Origin: Callorhinchus milii
Lineage: Eukaryota
Assembly: GCF_018977255.1 (NCBI RefSeq)
Contig: NW_024704778.1
Coordinates: 620,001-684,000, forward strand
Direction: 5' to 3'
DNA length: 64,000 nucleotides
Shown here: positions 46,801-59,230 of the stretch, piece after piece
How the letters are laid out: every line of letters begins with the position of its first letter
How positions within the stretch are numbered: the first letter of the stretch is position 1
Position numbers and translations under genes: made by a program
The notes under the pieces: generated by a model
The model's input: the letters and a program-made list of their open reading frames with translations, nothing else
Told to the model about the DNA's origin: nothing
Databases searched by the model: none

Positions 46801-49800
46801 TATATTTTTGTGCCCGAAACACGGTAGCAAAATGCACACAGCAGTATCCCACAAACAGTTGGGGATTGAGTGACACAATTATTATTATTTATTTGGAAGG
46901 ATTATTACCCCCGGAAAAGTGATCCACCAATCGACTAACAACCGGGTTCCTACCCACTGCTGGTAAACAGAGGCGCACGCATGTGTCTATGTATGTATGT
47001 GTGTGTGTCTGTGTCTGTGGACTATGGCTTGCAAGGCGAGGGGTCGAACCCCTGAGCAGGACTCCGCTCGGCCCGATTACCTTGAAGTAAGTCTTGCTGG
47101 AGAAGGTGATGTCTTTGGCTGTGAACAGATGGACGTAGGCAAGGACTGACTTGATCTGGTTGAGGACGGCAGTGGAGACGGAAGTCAAGAGGTCAGCCAG
47201 ACTGGGCTGGTCTTTACCTGGGAGACGTGGAGCCGCCAGGGCCTGACGCACGTCGGTCAGACAGTCAGTGAAGAAGCTCCTCATGGCGAGCAGGTACTGA
47301 CTGAGCCGCTGCTTGGCCGCTCTTACCACGATAGCCGTGCCCTCGGCAGCCACGCCAGATCCTGGAAGCAGCTTAGCCACAGCCTGCAACCGCCGGTGAA
47401 AGCGATCAAGCGACCGGACGAGCAGAGAGTTGTCTCCCAGACTCTTCCTCTCCAGCGTGATTCTGCGCTCCACCAGAGAGAAGTAAGTGGCCATCAGTCC
47501 GTCCACAAAGCCCACGAGCTTCCCCTGTGCCATGGCAGACACCGGGCCTTGAGCCGAGCGGCTGATAAACAAGTCCTGGTACGAGGCCATCACCAGGCAG
47601 GTGTTGCTGACGAAGCCGTTACAGCCTTTGTCAGTGAATTCCAGGACATCACTGAGAGGCCCCGCGTCTCCGCCCAACTCCCGCTCCAACAACAATAGCT
47701 CGTCTGTCAACCGGCGCTGGGCGTGAGCCAGGAATTCATCACACAACTCCTCAGCCGGCTCCTCCAGCTGCAGTAACAGCTCCACACACTCGGCCAACTC
47801 CTGGGGGCTCGAGCCTCCGTCACTGTCACACACAGTCACCAGCCGTGTTACACACAGAGACCGTCCCTGTCACACACACGCGCAGTTGCACACACACGCA
47901 CTCTCACACACAACGTCAGCGGGCTCCGGGATGCTCCATGTCCCCAGCCCATCCCACCATCAGAGGTTGATCCTTCAGCCTCTCTGCCCCAACCCTCTGT
48001 AACTCCATCCCACAATCCCCCTCCCTCCCCCACCCCCCCTTCAAGGCCCATCTCAAAAGCCTCCCCTTTAACCAAGCCTTCGGTCACCCTCCACACCTCC
48101 TGATCTCAACCCGCAGCTCAGGTATAAATCGCTGACTGTCCAGCGCCCTGGACGCTGTGTAAATGTCACCTGTTGTTATTAAATATTGAATACCTGAACC
48201 TGTCTCTCAGGGTGAGAGCCAGCGAGGCCATGATCAGCTGGCAGTCGTGTTGGATGCCGTGGAAGGAGGGCATGTGCTGGTATTGGTGTAACACACAGCG
48301 AGCTTTACTGTAATATCGCACCGCCTGCCCAAAGGCTCCCAACTCCACACAAGTGTTCAGCCGTGATGGCAGCTCAAACAGGAACTGTAGCTTCCTCAGC
48401 AAGGTGTGCACACCTATAACAGGCAGAAATACACTGTCACGCACACTCACACACTAACACACACACACTAACATGCACACTCACACACACACTAACATGC
48501 ACACTAACATGCACACTAACATACACACACACTAACACACACATACTAACATACACACTCACACACTAAGATACACACTCACCCACTAACATACACACAC
48601 TCAGCAAGGTGTGAATGCCTGTAACAGGCACAGACACAGTCACACACTGTAACACACACTCACATGCAGGTGTGGGCTGCACGGTGCTGCACTGGAGTTT
48701 AGTGATTTGTTAGTGGTGGTACATGTGTTGGTGACTCGCTGGCACTGGGCGATGCGTGTGTTGGTGACTGGCTGGCGCTGGGCGGTGTGTGTGTTGGTGA
48801 CTGGCTGGCGCTGGGCGGTGTGTGTGTTGGTGACTGGCTGGCGCTGGGCGATGTGTGTGTTGGTGACTGGCTGGCGCTGGGCGGTGTGTGTGTTGGTGAC
48901 TGGCTGGCGCTGGGCGGTGTGTGTGTTGGTGACTGGCTGGCGCTGGGCGGTGTGTGTGTTGGTGACTGGCTGGCGCTGGGCGGTGTGTGTGTTGGTGACT
49001 GGCTGGCGCTGGGCGGTGTGTGTGTTGGTGACTGGCTGGCGCTGGGCGGTGTGTGTGTTGGTGACTGGCTGGCGCTGGGCGGTGTGTGTGTTGGTGACTG
49101 GCTGGCGCTGGGCGGTGTGTGTGTTGGTGACTGGCTGGCGCTGGGCGGTGTGTGTGTTGGTGACTGGCTGGCGCTGGGCGGTGTGTGTGTTGGTGACTGG
49201 CTGGCGCTGGGCGGTGTGTGTGTTGGTGACTGGCTGGCGCTGGGCGGTGTGTGTGTTGGTGACTGGCTGGCGCTGGGCGGTGTGTGTGTTGGTGACTGGC
49301 TGGCGCTGGGCGGTGTGAGTTACCGGAGAGCTTGGTGATTTGCCGGTGCTGGTGCTGGAGGGTGTGGCTGATTCGGGCACTGAACTCGGTGATTGCCGTC
49401 ATGTTTGTCGTCAAACAATCCATCTCATCCTCCATTTTCTTAAAGTCGTTCTTCATCTTCCTGATGGTGTCTGAGAGGGGAGTGGGCTTGGGTCAGAGAG
49501 CGGACCCCAGCCCCAACCCCATCGACCCAACCTCCCCTCACACCCCCAGCCCCCACCCCCCAACACACATCCAGCCCCAACCCTCCCACACACCCCCACC
49601 ACATCGTACCCCATCCCCCTCAACCCCCAACACGCACCCAGGCCCTACCTCTAACTCCAAGCACCAACCCTTCCTTCCCAGCCCCAGTACAGTCCGGTGT
49701 AGTGACTGGTGAGCGGTGCCCAGAGGGGCTGTACCTGTGGCTGATATGAATTTGTTGTAGTTTTCATAAACCAGAGTCTGCATATCACTGTCCAGAGCCC

Positions 49801-51029
49801 GAATGTGCTTCACCATCTCAGCCTCACTGTCCATGAGCTCTGCCAGACTGCACTCGCTCCTCAGCTACACCGGGAGGGGGGGAGGGGGGGGGGGGAAGAC
49901 ACACACCGTCAATAACCCACACACCCCCCCACACCGTCACTAACCCCCACACACCCCCACCCACACCGTCACTAACCCACACACCCCCCCACCCCGTCAC
50001 TAACCCACACACACCCCCTCCCCCACACACCACAACAACAACAACAACAACAACAAGATTCCATTTATAGAGCGCCTTTCACGTCAGGAGGACGTCCCAA
50101 GGCGCTGAACAGTTGGGTCATGACCCGAGCATTGGGGGGGAATGGTCAGGGTGAGGGGAGGGAAGGGAGGGAGAGAGGAGGGGGGAAATGGTGAGGGGAG
50201 GGAAGGGAGGGAGCGAGGAGGGGGAAGAGAGTCGAGAGGGGAGCTGAAGGCACGGTCAAACCCACACTAACCCACACACAACCCCACCCACACACACCCC
50301 CACACACCGTCACTAACCCACACACACACCCTCCCCCACACACCCACTAACCCACACACACTGTCACTAACCCACACACACCCCCACCCACACACACCGT
50401 CACTAACCCACACACACCCCCACCCACACACCCACACATGGTCACTAACCCCCACACACCGTCACTACACGGCCCACACACACCAGTGACAGAGACACCA
50501 ATGAGTTAGTGACTGGTCAGTGAGTGAATCAGATACCCGCTGGTCAGTTAGTGACAGAGACACGGGTTAGTTAGTGACAGAGACACGGGTTAGTTAGTGA
50601 CTGAGACACGGGTTAGTTAGTGACAGAGACACGGGTTAGTTAGTGACAGAGACACGGGTTAGTTAGTGACAGACACGGGTTAGTTAGTGACAGTGACACG
50701 GGTTAGTTAGTGACAGTGACACGGGTTAGTTAGTGACAGAGACACGGGTTAGTTAGTGACAGACACGGGTTAGTTAGTGACAGACACGGGTTAGTGAGTG
50801 AGACACTGACTTTGTTGAGGTAAATGTCGGGGTTGAAGTTGGCGCCGTCGATGTCTGTCGGTCCCCGCGGGTCTCGAGCCTCAGTGATGCCGTAATACAG
50901 TCTGAGCAGCCCCCGGGCCGCGCCGCCTCCCCCCCGGCCCGGGCCTCCCTCCCCCCGGCCCGGGACACAACCCGAGTCCGAGGCTTCATCCCGCACGAGG
51001 CCCGAGGCCTCCTCGGCCGCTTCCGCCAT
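43839..51029 (-). CDS. VPS51: Vacuolar protein sorting 51 (GARP/EARP subunit), ~786 aa
   Basis: Ten exons with continuous frame: 51029-50811, 49864-49735, 49470-49324, 48413-48194, 47822-47081, 46688-46476, 46092-45874, 45241-45120, 44921-44834, 44099-43839. Motifs [71 protein letters not shown]. Confidence 0.96.
44330..44815. repeat. Longest copy of the unclassified dispersed repeat (VPS51 intron 9)
   Basis: Contains all blocks seen piecemeal elsewhere, from CCAAATCCAACTGAGAATT to GCTGCCATCAGCAGTGAGTGCCCTGGGA. Confidence 0.75.
45375..45866. repeat. G-rich minisatellite (GAGGCTGACGGTGATGGGGAGGGG...)n in VPS51 intron 7
   Basis: Direct tandem repeat, unit ~39-40 bp. Confidence 0.88.
48720..49318. 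repeat. 33-bp minisatellite, ~18 near-perfect copies, VPS51 intron 3
   Basis: Unit GTGTGTGTGTTGGTGACTGGCTGGCGCTGGGCG. Confidence 0.95.
50545..50800. repeat. 21-23-bp minisatellite (GACACGGGTTAGTTAGTGACAGA)n in VPS51 intron 1
   Basis: Direct tandem repeat. Confidence 0.92.
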
Positions 51030-51174
51030 GAGAGACACAGAGCGAACAGCTCACCCTCAGAGACACTAACCGTCACAGAGCGAACAGCTCACCCTCAGAG
51101 ACACTAACCGTCACAGAGACGGAGGGGAGCGTCACTCACTGACAGGGCGGAGCCAAACAGGACAGCGGGAGACA

Positions 51175-51312
51175 GAGACACGTGACACACAGAGACACGT
51201 GACACACAGTGACACGTGACACACTCACGTCAGACACAGCGACACGTGACACACTCACGTCAGACACAGCGACACGTGACACACTCACGTCAGACACAGC
51301 GACACGTGACAC
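51175..51312. promoter_or_regulatory. E-box (CACGTG) tandem array upstream of VPS51
   Basis: Six GACACGTGAC copies; the last three units are 30-bp repeats that also carry TCACGTCA. Confidence 0.55.
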
Positions 51313-51994
51313 ACGGACCCAGACCGGGAGGGGGGGCACTGCGGGGGGTCCAACCGGATAGACCCCCCACACCGCTCGGCCACAGAGAGAGCGCGAGGGC
51401 TGTCGGGCAGCCATGACCCCCCCCCCCGCCCCCCCCCCCGCCAGTCAGTCAGTGGGGGCTATGGCTGTGGGGTTACCAGGGGCTGAGGGGAGGATTCTCT
51501 GCCCCAGTGACTGGTCCTCCCGTGTCTGGGCCGGAGCGCCATCAGCAGCGAGTGCCCGCGGGGACCCCTCGGCCCCTCCGGGCTCGGGAACCGGGGGCTC
51601 GATCCCTACGCTCCGTTGTCAAACATTGGAGCTGAGAGGAGCCCCGGAGACCACTCACTCTCCCCCGAGGAGGACAGTCACCGCTCAGAGACCCTGAGCC
51701 ACGGACCACCTCTGGAATCGGTGGAACCAACACGTTTATTGCTTCACAAATGGCCATAATTCCCATTTGATGTCACGAGTTCTGTTGCCATAAAAACAAA
51801 ACCCGAGTACAATTCTCAGCCGTCTTCCTCCCCACCTCGGGAAGTCCTGCCCCACCCACCTTCCTCCCCACCTCGGGAAGTCCTGCCCCACCCACCTTCC
51901 TCCCCACCTCGGGAAGTCCTGCCCCACCTCGGGAAGTCCTGTCCCACCCACCCGATCGGGGAGAGCGTGCGATTCCCAACATTGTATCGGCCTC

Positions 51995-52345
51995 TCGCGT
52001 AGTGGTTGGAGCACTCGCCTCGCAAGTGAGAGGAATTGGGTTGGAATCCCAGTCAGGGCGAAACCTCAGGCGAGTTTCCCGGCTCCACACACGCACACGC
52101 CTCTGTTTATTGGCAGTCAATAGGAACCCGCGTGTTAGTCGATTGTCGGATCACTTTTCAGGGGTAATAATCCCTTCAAAATAATAATTTGGTGACTCAA
52201 TCCACGACTTTGTGGGACGTCGCTGAGTGCAATTGACTGCGGTGTTTTGCCCACAACACATTCACACTTTAGTTTCCTGTGAAGCGCTTTGAGATGTCTT
52301 GAGGACGTGATGAAGTGCTATATCAAATACAATGATTATTACTAT
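51995..52345 (+). mobile_element. tRNA-derived SINE (diverged), ending ~60 bp before the TMEM262 ATG
   Basis: GTGGTTGGAGCACTCGCC head, family body and tail. Confidence 0.8.
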
Positions 52346-52406
52346 ACTGTTATCCCACAGGATTGGAGACTCGGGATAAACCCTGGGAATCAGGATAAAC
52401 CGGGGA

Positions 52407-54083
52407 ATGTGTTTCAAGAGGAAGTTATGGTGGTATGGGATCGAGAAGAAGATGATGTTGACGGGTTTGTCGGTGATTTTCCTGCTGCTTCACACCGTGG
52501 TTCTAATGATTGATATCGTTTATCACACAGTGGCCGAGAAGCTTCGTTTCTTTAGTGGCAATCACACCGTGGCTCTGCTCGTGAGTCACCACTAGTCATT
52601 AGCTCAGCTGCAAGGCAGTGAGGGATAATGGGGCAAAGGCAGGTAAATGGAGTTGAGGTACAGATCAGCCACGATCTAAAAGAATGGCCTCCTGTTCCTA
52701 TACAACATTTACACAGCGCCTTTCACTTCGGGAGGATGTACCAAGGCGCTTCAGTGTATACTGTAAAGTGCAGTGACTGTATTTTGTGGGCCGAACGCGG
52801 CAGCCAATCGTGCACAGTAGTGTCTAAAGTTTTGCCGTGTCAGGGAATCGAATCCGGGTCCCCTCGTTTGCGATGCAGTTGCTCTAACCGTGATTCACTG
52901 CAGTGACTCGGCCTTTGTGTTATTTGCAAATGTGGCAGACGGTTTGCGCAGCAACTTCCCACAAACAGCCGCGTGAACCAACAAGTTTATCTGGAGGGTT
53001 GTGGGAGAAACTCATGGCGGGGTGTGGTTTAAAATCCAACAACGAGAATAACTTATATCACCTTTCACGTCGGGAGGACTTCCCAAGGCCCTGTGCACCT
53101 GAACAAGTGCAGACGGGAGCTCGGTTTATTGAATTGCCTCGTTCGATAATGCAGTTTCAGATACTCTTTCACACAGACATCAGCAGCTGCACTCAAACAC
53201 ATTTTTATTTAAAATGCAAAGACAAGAAAGGTTTATTGAATTATATTTATATATTATTTATAAAAACAGGCAGACTGAGGAAAGGAAATAAACGTCAGAT
53301 CCGGGAATTAGAATCTTTTAATGAACTGAGACACCGTTATCGCTGTTTCTGGAATCACTTTGCTGGCTTCTGAACTGCTTTATTTATAACAATTGCAATT
53401 GATACTGCGCCTTATCACATCGTTGAGACTTATCAAAGCGCTTCACAACTGTGAAGTGCAGTGATTGTATATTTTGTGAGTGAAATGCAGCAGCCAATTG
53501 CACACGCCAGTGTCCCCCACACAGTCGTGGATTGAACAACCAAATTATAATTTATTTTGAAAGGATTATTAGCGATCCACCGATCGAATAACAACCGGGT
53601 TCCTACTTACTGCTCGGGAAACAGAGACGTGTGTGTGAGTAAGGAAACTTCCCTAAGGTTTCACCCTACTTGGGAATCGAACCGGGGTCCTCTCGCCTGC
53701 GAGGCGAGCGCGCTAACCACTGAGCTACAGTCCTCGTTTCCCGCTGAGCGTGGAGAGCGAGGGCACGTGAGAGCGCAGACAAGGTCACTGTCTGTGCTTG
53801 TTTACAGCTGTCGCACGTGATGAGCTTTTACTGGGCTTTGCTGGGCACCATGTACTGTGTGCAGTGCGAGAACCAGTGGCTGACCAAAGTGTCTCTAGTG
53901 TCTATGGGTAAGTGTCTGTCAGGGTCTCCACACATCCTTGTTTCTCTCTCTCCCCACCCTCCCTCTCTCTGTCTCACTGACTCCCTCGTTCTCTCTCTCT
54001 GTCTAGGTCTGAATTTCTGCATTTTTGTCGGACGCATCTGGTTTGAATTTAGTGTTATTCACTTCAGGGAGGAGAAGTATTGA
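52407..54083 (+). CDS. TMEM262: TMEM262 / CatSper channel auxiliary subunit eta, 116 aa
   Basis: Exons 52407-52580, 53808-53907, 54007-54083 join in frame. Motifs MMLT..vifllLH, HTVALL-LSHVMSFYWALLG.MY and LN..IF..RI.FEF..I.FREE resemble mammalian TMEM262 as recalled. Lies between VPS51 and ZFPL1 on the opposite strand, as in human; ATTAAA at ~54258. Confidence 0.85.
53390..53732 (-). mobile_element. tRNA-derived SINE (antisense) in TMEM262 intron 1
   Basis: CTAACCACTGAGCTACAG reverse head at ~53713-53730 plus body. Confidence 0.82.
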
Positions 54084-54683
54084 TACCCCCGGCACTGACA
54101 CAACGCACCGCTCCCACTCTCAGCCCTTCCCCTCACTGCTCTGCGGCGGGGGGACAAGATGGCAACAGGACCCCCTGCCCTCTCCCTGGCTGCCTCTGTG
54201 TCTGTCACAGCCTCGATCCTATCCCCCCGAGTGGCCTCACACACACGTTGTGAATCACATTAAAGTGCAATTTATCTGTTTAAGTCGTCTCCTCACTAGT
54301 GCTCTGCTCATACACCCCTCCCCACTCACTGACCCCACCCACCTAACCCTAACCAGGGTAATAGCTACGCTCACTCACACAAGGGAACCAGATTCCATTA
54401 CCCACCCACCCCCACGTCTCCATTTACACTATTTACAGCCAGAGAGCGAGCGAGACTGAGAAAACGAGGAGCGATTCTCATCTCATCTCTCTGGGGACAG
54501 AGAGGGGGAGGGAGTCACGGTGGACCAGTCCCACTCTCAGCCCCTCCCCTCACTGAGCCCCTCACCCAACCACTCCCACATTCACTGGGCCCCACCCTCT
54601 CCCTGGACCCCTCCCTCACTGGGGTCTGCCCCTCATTGGACTCCTCCCCCTCACTGGGCCCCACCTCTCCCCGGGCCCCGCCC

Positions 54684-57600
54684 TCACTGGGCGCCCACTT
54701 GCACGTGTGGGTTCTGCATCAGGTCCCAGTTGGGGTCGTTGTCGCTGGCCGAGCGGCTGAGCCGGGACATGACGATAATGAGTGTGAGGAAGGCAAGAGC
54801 GGCCAGGACCAGGATTACAGTCACTCTCTGCAGCCGGGAGGCCGGGGGCTTCTGGCTGCCCTGGCGGCTCCTGGGGAGACAGAGGAGGCGAAGGGTTAAC
54901 AGCGGAAACCAAGCCACGAAATCCAGACCAGAGACAACGAGGATTCACAGTGTGTCACATGGAGCCCAGACCAGGAACCACTTTACACTGTCAAGACACG
55001 GCTCAGGGTAACATAGTCACAGAGAGATAGAGGGAGGGCGGGGGGGGGACAGACAGACACACAGTCATAGAGAGAGAGGGAGGGGGGGGGGAGGGACAGA
55101 CAGACACAGAGAGCAAGAGAGAGACAGACAGAGAGAGAGAGGAACAGACAGAGAGTGAGAGGGGGACAGGCAGATACACAGAGTGAGAACGAGTGAGACA
55201 CAGACACACACACGAAGAGGCTCTGCTGGATGGAGTATTTACTCACTTGAACCACCGAGCGAACCAGCCGAGGGCCGAGCGGCGCCGATATTTGTCATCA
55301 TCAAAGTCGATCAGTGTCACCGGGGCTCGATCCCCACCTCGTGTCAGTGTGTCATATACCTTCCGGGCCGAGGGCGCCTGTGTACTGCCTGGGGGGGGGG
55401 TGAGAAAAGAGTCGCACACACACAGTCGCACGTGCGCACACAGTCAGAGAGATTCACACACGCCCACAGAGTCACACAAATGTCAGAGTGACACACTTAC
55501 TGACCTGAGGTTAGTGACATGGCCTCACTGTCCTGGGTGACCATGTTGACCACAGTCTGGCTGTTGGTGGTGTTGCTGTTACTGTAATCCCGCCTGGAAC
55601 CCGAGCCCGACTCCTCCTCCCTGCCCTGGCCTGTAGCAAGAGATACATCACCATAGCAATCCCGACACCCATCAGCATAGCAATCCAGACCCTCCCCGCC
55701 CTGTAGCCAGAGACACGTCATCAAAAGTAATAATAATAATCCTTATATTTCTTACAGTACCTGCACAACCCCATCTCACTCGGCACCGGTCAGTGTCTCA
55801 GTCACACCCCACCCGACCCCTGCCCTGACCACTCACCACTGAAGTTGGACCAGTCGCTGTAGTCAGTGACATCCGCAGCCACTGAGGTTTCTGATTCCTC
55901 GATCTGAGTGAGAAGTGAGAACAATATAATAACATAACATAATAACATAACAGTATCATAGAATTATACAGCACAGAAGGAGGCTATTTGGCTCATCGTG
56001 CATGTGCCGACTCTTTGAAAGGAGCTATCCAATTCAATCCCACTCCCCCGTGCTCTCCCCATAGCCCTGCAAACTTGTCCTCCACAAATAATTATCTACT
56101 TCTCTCTTAAAAGTTGTTATCGAATTGGCTTCTACAACCCTTTTAGACAATGCATTCCAGATCCCAACAACTCCAAACAATGAATATATTAATAAAATAT
56201 AATAATCCTTACATTTGATATAGCACCTTATCACATTACTTCTCAAAGCGCTTCACAGAATATAACAACACAATTACATTTGTAAAACGCCTTTCATGTC
56301 GGGACGACGTCCCAAGGGGTCTGGGCAGACAGAGTTACGGACAAAAACTGAGGGTCAGGGTGGGGGAGGGCAGGAGGGGAAGCAGGGAGATCGAAAGCAC
56401 GGTCAAAGAGGAGGGTCTTTAGGTGGGTCTTGAAGGTGGCGAGGGAGGGGGCAAGACGGAGGGACTGCGGGATGGAGTTCCAGAGGATGGGTGCAGAGTG
56501 GCGGAAGGCCTGCCCACCGATAGGGCAAGCGAGGCGAGGCATGCATGAAGCAGGTTGGAGCCCGCTGAGCGAAGGGAGTATACAGGGTGGTAGAGGGTTA
56601 GGAAGTCGCAGAGGTTGGGGGGAGCAAGACCGTGGAGGGCTTTGAAGGTGAGGACCAGGATCTTGAGCTGTATTCTCTTGTGTGATGGGAAGCCAGTTGA
56701 GTCGGGTGAGGATGGGGGTGATAGGGTTGCGGAGCCTGGTGCAGGAGTACACAGGCAGCAGAGTTCTGGATGATCTATAGCCTATGGAGGGAGGAGTTGG
56801 GGAGGCCGATAATCAATGAGTTTGCATAGTTGAGCCTCGATGTAATGATGGTTTTGCCTGCCTGCAGTGCGAGACAGTGGTGGAGCTGGGCAATGTTGCG
56901 GAGGTGGGGGAAGTCAGAGCGGGTCAAGGCACAGATGTGGGGTAGAAAGGATAGCTGAGGGTCAAACAAGACCCCAAGGTTCTGGACTGGCTTAGCAAGG
57001 TGGAGTGAGCGGCCATGGATGGTGATGCTGTCAGCGCCTGAGGTGAGGAGGCGCTGACAGGAGCCAATCAGGAGAGCCTCGGTCTTGTTGATGTTCAACT
57101 GAAGAAAATTAGCTCTCATCCAGGACTTGATGTCTGACAGACATTCTGTCAGGACAGCAGTGGGTCCTGGAGTCAAAGGTGGAGGCAGAGAGGTAGAGTT
57201 GGGTGTCATCTGCACACATGTGGAAGTTGACCCAATGTCTGTGGATGATGTCGCCAAGAGGGAGCAAATAGATGTTGAAGAGGAGGGGACTAAGGACAGA
57301 GCCCTGGGAAACGCTGCACGAGACAGTACAGTAAAGTGTAGTGACTGTGTGTTTTATGGGTGTAACGCAGTAGCCAATTGTGTACAGCAGTCCCCCACAC
57401 ACAGTGGTAGATTCAGCGACTAGATTATTCTTATAATTATTACCCCCGGAAAAGTGATCCGGCAGTCGACCAACAAGCAGATTCCTACTTACTGCTGGTA
57501 AACAGAGGCGTGTGTGTGAAGTAAGGAAACTTACGTAAGGTTTCCCCCAGGCCAGGAATCGAACCTAGGTCCTCTCGTTTGTGAGGCGAGAGTTCTAACC

Positions 57601-58929
57601 ACTACACTATAGGACTGCACAATGCGCAATGTGAGATGTGCTTCCTTTCCCCGCACATCGGGAGGCCAGGCGCTGGGGGGGATAGCGAGGCGCTCTCTCT
57701 CTATCTCTCACCAGCGGGAGCCCCAACCCAGCTCGGGCCCAGTTGACAGTGGCCAGCTTTTCTTGCAGGATATTGGCCACAGGGCTGACCATATTGGCTG
57801 GTGGGAAGATTCCTCCTGAGCAGCTCGGGCACTGGTAACCGGCCGGCGCAGTGTTCATCGGCAGTTTAGCTGCTGTCTCATTCAGGCAGGACCAGTGAAA
57901 GAGGTCTGTGAGGGTCAGAGACACAGCAGGAGGGTTCAGAGATGCGGCGTGAGGGTCAGAGACACAGCAGGAGGGTCGGGGACGCGGCGCGCGAGGGTCG
58001 GGGACGCGGCGCGCGAGGGTCGGGGACGCGGCGCGCGAGGGTCGGGGACGCGGCGCGCGAGGGTCGGGGACGCGGCGCGCGAGGGTCGGGGACGCGGCGC
58101 GCGAGGGTCGGGGACGCGGCGCGCGAGGGTCGGGGACGCGGCGCGCGAGGGTCGGGGACGCGGCGCGCGAGGGTCGGGGACGCGGCGCGCGAGGGTCGGG
58201 GACGCAGGGTCAGTGATTGACTTTCGGAGTGTAGTGGCTGAAAGCGTGGCTGCTGGTGCTGGAGCTGAAGGAACTTGAATACTGCTCCCCCAGACGGTCG
58301 CTACACCTCGCTCCCTGCTCCATCTCCAGCACCGAAGCAGCGAGAGCGCGAGTTCCTAACTGACGAGAGCCTCACCGTAACACACCAGTCGGATGGTCTC
58401 TTTGGAGGCGAGCGGGACATGGCAGAGCCGGCAGTTTGGGTTGTAGTCACTGTCCTGGAGCCACTGCAGGTAGGACTGGACAATACACTGTCGAGAGACA
58501 CATGTGTATATATATATCTACATACATACATATATATGTTGGGGTAGCTCGATGTTAGCTCGGGGGGGGGGGGGTGGGGATACTGATATTTGGCTGTGAC
58601 GGGACACGAAACAATGCTCACAGATAGTGTGTTTGTACGTGTGTGTAGTGGTGAGGCTGTGTGTGTGTGTGTGTGTGGGGGGGGGAGGGGGTGGCGGGGC
58701 TGTGTGTGGGGGGGGAGGGGTGTGTGTGGGGAGGGCTGTGTGTGGGGAGGGTTAGGCCTGAGGCAGTTATTTGGGGGGTTGTGGGGGTGTTGTGGGGTGT
58801 ATCCCGCGGTTGGCTGACACTCTGTACCTGGCTGTGGCGGGAGACCAGACAGTGCTCACAGACGTTCACTCGATGCTCGAAACAGAACAAATTGGTGACT
58901 TTCCGTTTCGGACATTTACACAAACCCAT
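54684..58929 (-). CDS. ZFPL1: Zinc finger protein-like 1 (cis-Golgi), ~309 aa
   Basis: Exons 58929-58828, 58487-58376, 57905-57712, 55903-55837, 55630-55505, 55388-55247, 54870-54684. Motifs [73 protein letters not shown]-terminal TM helix. Confidence 0.96.
55955..56175 (-). mobile_element. CR1-type LINE 3' fragment
   Basis: [29 protein letters not shown] on minus strand. Confidence 0.75.
56285..57312 (-). mobile_element. L2-type LINE, ~1-kb 3' fragment with degenerate RT
   Basis: [15 protein letters not shown], (Y>C)[37 protein letters not shown]; several frameshifts. Confidence 0.88.
57325..57616 (-). mobile_element. tRNA-derived SINE (antisense)
   Basis: Reverse family head and body. 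Confidence 0.8.
57970..58210. repeat. 22-bp CpG-rich minisatellite (GAGGGTCGGGGACGCGGCGCGC)n in ZFPL1 intron 2
   Basis: About 10 perfect copies. Confidence 0.93.
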
Positions 58930-59230
58930 CGCCACCGCCGCCGCCGCGTCACCTCCAGATAGTTTCCGGCGCACAATTGTGACGTATATCCGGTATCTCG
59001 CTCTACTCCGCCCAGAAGCCAATTAACAAGCACAACAATTTATATATATATTATTTACACTCACGCGGCACCGTGTGGGGGGGGCGAGGTGTCGGGGGGG
59101 AAATGCGGCGGCTCTGACAATGATAATTATAAATAAACCCGAATAACTGCGTGTGGGGTGACGTCATCACACCCCGCCGCCGCCCGCGCTCTTTCCGGTT
59201 CCGGTTCCCGCGCGGCAGATTCAAAAGAAG
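58930..59230. promoter_or_regulatory. Bidirectional ZFPL1/CDCA5 promoter
   Basis: Head-to-head starts ~300 bp apart; CRE TGACGTCA 59159-59166, tandem ETS-type TTCCGG at ~59193-59204, CHR-type TTCAAA at 59220-59225 preceded by CGCGG. Confidence 0.72.

Noticed and set aside
48640-49338. 11-aa repeat ORFs in four frames; superficially CRISPR-like periodicity
   Set aside because: Stop-free 33-bp intronic VNTR with identical units, no unique spacers and no cas genes; vertebrate context
50545-50800. Telomere-like GGGTTAG
   Set aside because: Only one GGGTTAG per 21-23-bp unit; no (TTAGGG)n run
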